From a virus (taxonomy: Duplodnaviria > Heunggongvirae > Uroviricota > Caudoviricetes): a DNA stretch of 40,883 nucleotides. The position numbers and the translations under genes were made by a program. The DNA is taken from the IMG/VR virus record IMGVR_UViG_2909314774_000005. One strand, written 5' to 3'. The notes under the pieces are model-generated. The model had not been told where the DNA came from and did no database searches. It saw nothing but the letters and a program-made list of their open reading frames with translations. Within the stretch, counting starts at the first letter, position 1. The number at the start of each line of letters is the position of its first letter. This document shows, piece after piece, positions 35,260-40,883 of this stretch.

Positions 35260-35721
35260 TCACGCCGCCCTCACGATATAGTTAAATGCGATATTGCGGG
35301 GGCGAGCTGATACATAAGCCCACCAGTCATATCTTTGTGCACCTTTAGAGGATGCATCAAATATCCACTTTTTGCCATTTAAGACCCCCAGTTGATTAGA
35401 GGTTAAAGCGTCACCAAATCCGTATTGTGTAGAGCCGAGCGAACTGATATCTCCGGTATCATTATCATCAAAACCGGATACGATAGTCCCTTCCTGAAAT
35501 GAAAGTAGCGCACGCCCGGTATCAACCTTGCGACCACCGTCCCATCCACGGATAAACTCACCGCGCAAATCGGGAAGACGGAGGGTCGGGTAGACTCTGA
35601 CCAGAACAGGATATTGTTCTTTGGTGAACGTAGCTCCGTTGCACTGTAACCAGCCTGCTGGCGGTGTGGCGGTGGGCCATGGAACCGGTACACCAACAGG
35701 CAATGCAGAGCCTTCCCCCAA
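35260..35721 (-). CDS. silent, inverted alternative tail-fibre C-terminal cassette (153 codons, begins with Leu TTG at the gix site)
   Basis: First about 70 residues near-identical to the expressed fibre C-terminal region (GEGSALPVGVPVPWPTATPPAGWL...), divergent tip, same C-terminal ending (RPRNIAFNYIVRAA); no ATG, so expression requires inversion. Confidence 0.7.
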   Translation of the reverse strand: MGEGSALPVGVPVPWPTATPPAGWLQCNGATFTKEQYPVLVRVYPTLRLPDLRGEFIRGWDGGRKVDTGRALLSFQEGTIVSGFDDNDTGDISSLGSTQYGFGDALTSNQLGVLNGKKWIFDASSKGAQRYDWWAYVSARPRNIAFNYIVRAA

Positions 35722-35738
35722 ACCAACGTTTCTATGCC
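35713..35738 (-). other. gix-like recombination site (inverted copy 1)
   Basis: TTCCCCCAAACC-AA-CGTTT on the + strand, reverse complement of the GGTTTGGGGGAA half-site, located at the 5' end of the silent cassette. Confidence 0.5.
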
Positions 35739-35905
35739 GCCCTTACGATGTAATTAAACGCAATGTTACGGGGACGAATGGTCACATAATTAACCCCATC
35801 GCCTCGCGAAGGACCTGCAAATGAAAAACGGGAGAATCCAGGTTGGTTGTCAACGATTTGGTCATAGTTATTGATTGAATGACCAGACCCAATGTCAAAA
35901 TTACC
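35732..35905 (-). pseudogene. 3' fragment of a second silent tail-fibre cassette, separated from its 5' part by the IS66-family insertion
   Basis: - strand reading frame open from the IS boundary to a stop at 35732-35734, ending ...IRPRNIAFNYIVRAA like the other cassettes; joins in frame with fragment 38438..38700 when the IS and one target-duplication copy are removed. Confidence 0.7.
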
Positions 35906-35935
35906 GTAAGCGTCAACGGAGCACCGTATTGACGC

Positions 35936-37549
35936 TTATTTATTGGTGAGTACTACGTTCCATGGCAGGAGTTCGTCAACTCGGTTGGAAGGCCATTCCG
36001 GCAGTACGCTCAGGATATGGCGCAGATACGCTTCCGGATCGATACCGTTCAGACGGCAGGTGCCGATCAGCCCGTACAACAGTGCTCCACGCTCGCCGCC
36101 GTGATCGCTGCCAAAGAACATAAAGTTTTTCTTTCCGAGACAGACTGCACGAAGCGCTCTTTCCGCAGCATTATTATCCGCCTCCGCCAGACCGTCATCA
36201 CTGTAATAACAGAGGGCATCCCACTGATTCAGTACATAGCTGAACGCTTCGCCCAGTCTGGATTTTTTCGACAGCGTACCATTCTTCTCCACCATCCATT
36301 CATGCAGCGACGTCAGTAACACTTTGCTTCGCTGCTGCCTGACGGCAAGACGCTCTGACTCCGGTAATCCCCGTATTTCATCCTCGATGGCGTACAGTTC
36401 ACTGATTCGCTTCAGGGCTTCTTCTGCCGTCGCACTTTTGCTGCTGATGTATACATCGTGGATTTTTCGCCGGGCATGGGCCCAGCACGCAACTTCTGTC
36501 AGTGCACCACCTTCACGTTCTGCACTGAACAACCTGTCGTAACCTGTGAACGCATCCGCCTGCAGGATACCCCGGAAGGGGCGGAGGTGTTGCTCCGGGT
36601 GTTTCCCCTGCCGGTTCGGCGAGTACGCGAACCAGACCGCTGGAGGAGATGACGAACCCACATTGCGATCATCCCGGACATACGTCCAGATACGCCCTGT
36701 TTTCGCCTTTTTCTGACCCGGTGCCAGTACCTTTACCGGTGTGTCATCAGTGTGAACCTTGCGGGTGTTCATTACATAACGGTACAGGGCATCATTCACC
36801 GGTGTCATTAACTGGCAGCACGCGTCAACCCAGTTGGAGAGTAAGGCCCGGCTCAGTTCGACACCCTGGCGGGCAAAGATTTCACTCTGACGATACAGTG
36901 GCAGATGTTCGCAGTATTTTCCCGTTAACACGCGGGCAAGTAATCCGGGGCCCGCGATACCACGCTCTATCGGGCGGGACGGCGCCGGTGCTTCAACAAT
37001 ACAGTCACATTTTGTACAGGCTTTTTTTACCCGTTCTGTGCGGATCACTTTCAGGGCACTGCTCACCAGTTCCAGCTGTTCAGCGCTGACTTCCCCCAGA
37101 TAATCCAGCTCACCGCCACACTCCGGGCAACAGCTTTCTTCTGGCTCCAGGCGGTGTATTTCACGGGGAAGGTGTGCCGGTAACGGACGACGATGGCGCG
37201 ACTGTCGCAACTGGCGGGGAACCTGAGGATCGTCTTCCCGCCCACTGTAACGATCGCTGTCCTGTTCACGTTGTTTCAGCAGAGCCTCAGCCAGTTCAAC
37301 TTCACGACGCAGTTTTTCAGAACGGGTACCGAACAGCATCCGGCGCAGTTTTTCTATCTGAGCCCGCAGATGTTCTATTTCCCGTTCATCTTCTTCGATC
37401 TTTTCTTCGGCACGTGTCAGTGCAGAGCGCAGGAAGGCTTCCGTCTCTTCAACCAGACTCAGTTGCTGGTCTTTCTGACGGAGGGCTTCAGCCTGCTCAG
37501 AGAGCAACCTTTCCAGCTCTGCGATGCGAATGAGGTATTTCTGACTCAT
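35936..37549 (-). CDS. IS66-family transposase (orf3/TnpC-like, 537 aa)
   Basis: N-terminal leucine-zipper-like region, CxxC...CxxC zinc motif and DDE core typical of IS66 transposases as I recall them. Confidence 0.8.
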   Translation of the reverse strand: MSQKYLIRIAELERLLSEQAEALRQKDQQLSLVEETEAFLRSALTRAEEKIEEDEREIEHLRAQIEKLRRMLFGTRSEKLRREVELAEALLKQREQDSDRYSGREDDPQVPRQLRQSRHRRPLPAHLPREIHRLEPEESCCPECGGELDYLGEVSAEQLELVSSALKVIRTERVKKACTKCDCIVEAPAPSRPIERGIAGPGLLARVLTGKYCEHLPLYRQSEIFARQGVELSRALLSNWVDACCQLMTPVNDALYRYVMNTRKVHTDDTPVKVLAPGQKKAKTGRIWTYVRDDRNVGSSSPPAVWFAYSPNRQGKHPEQHLRPFRGILQADAFTGYDRLFSAEREGGALTEVACWAHARRKIHDVYISSKSATAEEALKRISELYAIEDEIRGLPESERLAVRQQRSKVLLTSLHEWMVEKNGTLSKKSRLGEAFSYVLNQWDALCYYSDDGLAEADNNAAERALRAVCLGKKNFMFFGSDHGGERGALLYGLIGTCRLNGIDPEAYLRHILSVLPEWPSNRVDELLPWNVVLTNK

Positions 37550-37579
37550 GACCGTTTTTATAATGCGGTCAGGAGTTTT

Positions 37580-37930
37580 TTACAACATTGTCAGTGAGTT
37601 ACGGCTGGATGTTTTTGGCTGACGCCAGTCCAGCTTATCGAGGAGCATTGCCAGTTGCGAGCGGGTAATGGATACCTTGCCGTCACGTACCGCAGGCCAG
37701 ATAAACTGGCCTTCCTCCAGGCGTTTGGTGAACAGGCACAGACCATCAGCATCAGCCCAAAGAATTTTGACGGTGTCACCCCGTCGGCCACGGAAGATAA
37801 ACAGGTGACCGGAGAAGGGATTATCATTCAGCACATGTTGTACCTGTTCTCCCAGTCCGTTGAAGGATTTACGCATATCGGTAACGCCGGCAACGAGCCA
37901 GATACGGGTACCTGATGGGAGTGAGATCAT
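37580..37930 (-). CDS. IS66-family accessory protein (orf2/TnpB-like, 116 aa)
   Basis: Size, position and 4-nt overlap with orf1 typical of IS66 elements. Confidence 0.75.
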   Translation of the reverse strand: MISLPSGTRIWLVAGVTDMRKSFNGLGEQVQHVLNDNPFSGHLFIFRGRRGDTVKILWADADGLCLFTKRLEEGQFIWPAVRDGKVSITRSQLAMLLDKLDWRQPKTSSRNSLTML

Positions 37931-38352
37931 CTTCCCCTCCCGGTCAGTTCACGGATCAACACTGTGAGCAGCTCTGGCGATGGATTTTCCAGCGTCATGT
38001 TACCGTGACGGAATTCCACCTTGCAGGAACTGGCACTGACTCTGGTCTGAGTGGAAGTGGATAAAGACGGCGCAATGGCCGCCACAGGTTCTTTCTGCTC
38101 ATCCGGCGTTATTTCTACAGGTAATAATTCAACGCCAGTGTCAGAAGAGGTCGTTACCGGAAGACGCCGCGAAACACGCCCTTCGTTCTGCCAGAGCCTG
38201 AGCCATTTGAAAATAACATTATCATTGACGCCATTTTCACGTGCAATCTGTGCAACACAAGCTCCAGGTTGTGATGCCAGTTCCACCATACGAAGTTTGA
38301 ATTCATTCGAATAGTTTTTACGAGGTTCTTTTCGCCAGTCCTGTAATTCCAT
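37927..38352 (-). CDS. IS66-family accessory protein (orf1/TnpA-like, 141 aa, HTH)
   Basis: N-terminal HTH (FKLRMVELASQPGACVAQIARENGV); first ORF inside the IS. Confidence 0.75.
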   Translation of the reverse strand: MELQDWRKEPRKNYSNEFKLRMVELASQPGACVAQIARENGVNDNVIFKWLRLWQNEGRVSRRLPVTTSSDTGVELLPVEITPDEQKEPVAAIAPSLSTSTQTRVSASSCKVEFRHGNMTLENPSPELLTVLIRELTGRGR

Positions 38353-38437
38353 ACTTAGATGTCCGTCTATATCAGATGGGCGTCTAAGTTACCAATTCTC
38401 GTCTGATGGCTACATACGGCGGTCAGTTTACGCTTAC

Positions 38438-38700
38438 AAATTACCTGCGTAATGAGAAAAACTTGTACCATCCTGCCGTGAAAGCAGATCGCGCCCTGTA
38501 TCCACTTTTCGCCCGTCGTCCCATCCACGGATAAACTCACCGCGTAAATCGGGAAGACGGAGGGTCGGGTAGACTCTGGCCAGAACAGGATATTGTTCTT
38601 TTGTAAAGGCGCGCCCGTCGCACTTTAACCAGCCTGCTGGCGGTGTGGCAGTGGGCCACGGAACAGGTACACCAACGGGCAGCGCCGAGCCTTCCCCCAA
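38438..38700 (-). pseudogene. 5' fragment of the IS-disrupted silent tail-fibre cassette (begins with Leu TTG at the gix site)
   Basis: About 85 codons near-identical to the start of the expressed cassette (GEGSALPVGVPVPWPTATPPAGWLKCDGRAFTKEQYPVLARVYPTLRLPDLRGEFIRGWDDGRKVDTGR), then runs into the IS end. Confidence 0.7.
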
Positions 38701-38717
38701 ACCAACGTTTATCTCTC
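38692..38717 (-). other. gix-like recombination site (inverted copy 2), adjacent to gin
   Basis: TTCCCCCAAACC-AA-CGTTT, identical core and half-site to copy 1; lies about 55 bp upstream of the invertase gene. Confidence 0.5.
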
Positions 38718-38771
38718 AAATCCTCCCCACATTATCTCAGTACTTTAACCACTCAAAAGGGAGTATTTTTA

Positions 38772-39344
38772 ATGCTGATTGGCTACATACGTGTGTCAAC
38801 AAATGACCAAAACACAGATTTGCAACGCAATGCATTAATGTGCGCAGGATGTGAACAGATTTTTGAGGACAAAATGAGCGGAACCAAGTCGGAACGACCA
38901 GGCCTGAAACGCGCTTTAAAGTGCCTTAAAAGAGGGGATACATTGGTGGTCTGGAAGCTGGATCGGTTGGGTAGAAGAATGAAACACCTCATTGCTCTCA
39001 CAGAAGAGCTACGCGCAAAAGGTGTCAATTTTCGCAGTCTGACGGATTCAATCGATACCAGCACTCCGATGGGAAGGTTCTTTTTTCATATGATGGGTGC
39101 ACTGGCAGAAATGGAGCGTGAACTGATAGTTGAGCGCACGCTGGCTGGACTGGCTGCTGCGCGAGCACAAGGAAGAGTTGGAGGACGTCGCCCGAAACTG
39201 ACGAAGGAGCAGCATGAGCAGATCGCAAGATTGCTCCAGAAAGGGTATGACAGAAAGCGGCTGGCAATTATCTATGATATTGGACTGTCAACGATCTACC
39301 GCTATCACCCTGTTGGGACTGTCATAACGCAACCTGAAATGTAA
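38772..39344 (+). CDS. gin: serine DNA invertase, Gin/Pin/Hin family
   Basis: 190-aa ORF from ATG 38772 (AAGGGAG upstream); near-identical over much of its length to Mu Gin as recalled (MLIGYIRVSTNDQNTDLQRNAL ... GRFFFH.MGALAEMERELI.ERT); catalytic Ser in RVSTNDQ. Confidence 0.9.
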   Translation: MLIGYIRVSTNDQNTDLQRNALMCAGCEQIFEDKMSGTKSERPGLKRALKCLKRGDTLVVWKLDRLGRRMKHLIALTEELRAKGVNFRSLTDSIDTSTPMGRFFFHMMGALAEMERELIVERTLAGLAAARAQGRVGGRRPKLTKEQHEQIARLLQKGYDRKRLAIIYDIGLSTIYRYHPVGTVITQPEM

Positions 39345-39378
39345 TTCTTTTTCAAATAATGAAACGCCGCGTGGATGC

Positions 39379-39422
39379 CATTTATCGCACAAGATAGAGT
39401 GCATTTATCGCGCGGCGCATCA
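39379..39422 (+). other. prophage right terminus with Mu-like transposase-binding repeats, ending ...CGCGGCGCATCA
   Basis: Two direct CATTTATCGC repeats and a TGAAACGCCGCG motif resembling the Mu right-end sites (Mu end recalled as ...CGTTTTTCGTGCGCCGCTTCA); terminal CA-3'. Confidence 0.55.
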
Positions 39423-39528
39423 TTCTTCATGTGAATCATCCGTTGATTAATTATATATAAACATTATGTATCAACAAGTTACATTGATAATTAACGCTAC
39501 CATTAATAAAAATACCCCACAAGGTCCG

Positions 39529-39557
39529 AAAAAAAACGCCGGCAATGTGCCGACGTC
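39529..39557 (-). terminator. Rho-independent terminator of host aroA
   Basis: On the - strand: 7-bp stem (CGUCGGC / GCCGGCG, one G-U pair) with 5-nt loop followed by eight U; about 45 nt downstream of the aroA stop. Confidence 0.6.
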
Positions 39558-39599
39558 TTTGAAAAGAAAGGATTGTCTATGTTATCGCCCGTTATTCAT

Positions 39600-40883
39600 T
39601 CAGCCGGGTTGACTTATCCGCGCCAATTGCTCGAAATAGTCTGGAAAAGTTTTAGCGGTACATTTTGGATCAAGAATCGTCACAGGCGTATCTGATAATG
39701 CGACCAGCGAGAAACACATCGCCATCCGGTGATCATTATAAGTGGCGATCTCAGCAAATTTCAGTTTTTCCGGTGGCGTAATGCGAATGAAATCATGCCC
39801 CTCTTCGACTTCCGCACCGACTTTACGCAGTTCTGTTGCCATCGCAAACAGGCGATCGGTCTCTTTAACACGCCAGTTATAGATATTGCGCAGCGTGGTG
39901 GTGCCTTTTGCAAATAACGCCGCGGTGGCAATGGTCATCGCCGCATCGGGAATATGGTTCATATCCATATCAATGGCGTTCAGTTCACCACGCGTGCAGG
40001 AAATATAATCATCGCCCCAGCAAATGGTCGCGCCCATTTTTTCCAGAACATCAGCAAAGCGAATATCACCCTGCATACTGTTGCGTCCAATGCCGGTCAC
40101 TTTTACAGTGCCGCCTCTGATTGCTGCTGCTGCCAGGAAATAAGAAGCCGAAGATGCATCGCCTTCAACCAAATAAGTGCCCGGAGACTGGTAAGACTGC
40201 CCCCCTTTTACGACAAATTGTTGATAGTGCTGATTTTCAATTTCAACACCAAACGTCTTCATCAGATTGAGGGTGATATCGATATAAGGTTTAGAAACCA
40301 GATCGCCTTTAATACGAATCACCGTATCTTCCGGCGCAAGAGGCGCAGTCATTAACAGTGCGGTGAGGAACTGGCTGGAAACGGAGCCATCAACATCAAC
40401 GTTGCCGCCAGTAAAGCCGCCCTGTAAACGCAATGGCGGATAATTTTCTTGTTCCAGGTAAGTGATCTTCGCCCCGCCCTGGCGCAGCGCATCCACCAGA
40501 TGACCAATCGGGCGTTCTTTCATTCGCGGTTCACCGCTCAGTACAATATCATTGCTACCCAGGCAAAGTGCTGCCGCCAGCGGACGCATTGCCGTTCCGG
40601 CGTTACCGAGGAACAACTCCCGGGCACTTTCTGCGTGTAATGGACCACCGTTACCGATAATTTCGCAACGCGTACGATCGGCTGAAAGCGTATAGCTTAC
40701 CCCTAACGCTGTTAATGCATTCAGCATATGGCGCACGTCATCGCTATCCAGCAGATTGGTTAATACTGTTTTGCCGTGTGCTAATGCCGCCAGCAATAAA
40801 GCGCGGTTAGAAACGCTCTTGGAACCGGGCAGATTAATAGTGCCATCGACACGAGCGATGGGTTGTAACGTTAGGGATTCCAT
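39600..40883 (-). CDS. aroA: 3-phosphoshikimate 1-carboxyvinyltransferase (EPSP synthase), host gene, complete
   Basis: 427-aa ORF matching Escherichia/Shigella AroA throughout as recalled ([35 protein letters not shown] ...); its ATG is the last 3 bases of the window. Confidence 0.95.
   Translation of the reverse strand: MESLTLQPIARVDGTINLPGSKSVSNRALLLAALAHGKTVLTNLLDSDDVRHMLNALTALGVSYTLSADRTRCEIIGNGGPLHAESARELFLGNAGTAMRPLAAALCLGSNDIVLSGEPRMKERPIGHLVDALRQGGAKITYLEQENYPPLRLQGGFTGGNVDVDGSVSSQFLTALLMTAPLAPEDTVIRIKGDLVSKPYIDITLNLMKTFGVEIENQHYQQFVVKGGQSYQSPGTYLVEGDASSASYFLAAAAIRGGTVKVTGIGRNSMQGDIRFADVLEKMGATICWGDDYISCTRGELNAIDMDMNHIPDAAMTIATAALFAKGTTTLRNIYNWRVKETDRLFAMATELRKVGAEVEEGHDFIRITPPEKLKFAEIATYNDHRMAMCFSLVALSDTPVTILDPKCTAKTFPDYFEQLARISQPG

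Larger units (their letters stand above)
35906..38437 (-). mobile_element. IS66-family insertion sequence (about 2.53 kb) with 8-bp target-site duplication AAATTACC
   Basis: Imperfect terminal inverted repeats beginning GTAAGCGT at both ends; identical 8-bp direct repeats at 35898-35905 and 38438-38445; three - strand ORFs in the IS66 order. Confidence 0.85.
1..39422. mobile_element. Mu-like transposable prophage (BcepMu-type divergent layout); right terminus at about 39422, left terminus outside window
   Basis: Early transposition/regulatory genes on - strand, Mu-like lysis/head/tail/Gin genes on + strand; terminal motif ...CATTTATCGCGCGGCGCATCA about 80 bp after gin resembles the Mu R1 end; flanked on the right by host aroA. 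Confidence 0.8.

Noticed and set aside
35260-35721. Treating the inverted cassette as an independently expressed gene
   Set aside because: Its first codon is TTG (Leu), corresponding to the Leu at the constant/variable junction of the expressed fibre; there is no ATG or RBS, so it is a promoterless cassette awaiting inversion.
35403-35824. ORFs 35403..35726 (-) and 35621..35824 (+) around the first inverted gix site
   Set aside because: Alternative frames over the silent cassette and gix site; the cassette frame (35260..35721) is the one homologous to the expressed fibre.
38643-38771. N-terminal 43-residue extension of the invertase as given by the ORF track (start 38643)
   Set aside because: The extension overlaps the gix site and silent cassette and has no SD; the ATG at 38772 has AAGGGAG upstream and gives the canonical MLIGYIRVSTNDQ invertase N-terminus.
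1-40883. Two separate prophages (one leftward, one rightward) or a large inversion as the explanation for divergent early and late modules
   Set aside because: Gene content is non-redundant (one transposase, one ATPase, one repressor, one set of structural genes) and the divergent arrangement matches what I recall of BcepMu-type phages; cannot be fully excluded without the left end.
1-40883. CRISPR arrays, tRNA or rRNA genes
   Set aside because: No regularly spaced short direct repeats and no rRNA-like or cloverleaf-like segments were seen by eye; the only repeats are the tape-measure and fibre tandem repeats, the gix sites and the IS target duplication. A tRNA scan was not run, so a missed tRNA cannot be formally excluded.

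Overview
Nearly the whole window (1-39422) is one Mu-like transposable prophage. Its layout is reminiscent of BcepMu-type phages: an early operon read leftward on the - strand (8602 down to 1: Ner-like regulator, winged-helix protein, DDE/rve transposase, AAA+ transposition ATPase, Gam, MazG-like protein, GemA-like, Mor) and a late region read rightward on the + strand (11577-35253: holin-like protein, SLT endolysin, Rz with embedded Rz1, Mu-like terminase/portal/protease/capsid, contractile tail, baseplate, tail fibre and Tfa chaperone). A divergent XRE-type repressor gene (8696-9052) faces the early operon across an 18-bp perfect palindrome. Between the repressor gene and the lysis cassette lies a small cargo locus (9169-11446: Dam-like methyltransferase, an unclassified P-loop NTPase, two short ORFs with overlapping divergent start codons); this is the best candidate for an undescribed accessory or defence function, though its function is unknown. 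The right arm ends in an invertible tail-fibre region with three gix-like sites, three alternative fibre C-terminal cassettes and a Gin/Pin-family invertase; an IS66-family element (35906-38437, 8-bp target duplication AAATTACC) has split one silent cassette. The tape-measure gene carries an in-frame 2 x 261 bp tandem duplication. The prophage right end (Mu-like motif ending ...GCGCATCA at about 39422) lies about 180 bp downstream of an intact host aroA (E. coli/Shigella-like), whose terminator is preserved. The left prophage terminus is outside the window, which begins at the mor stop codon. No rRNA, tRNA or CRISPR array was recognised. All calls come from reading the translated ORFs and the sequence by eye; no database search or computation was run, and family names are from memory.
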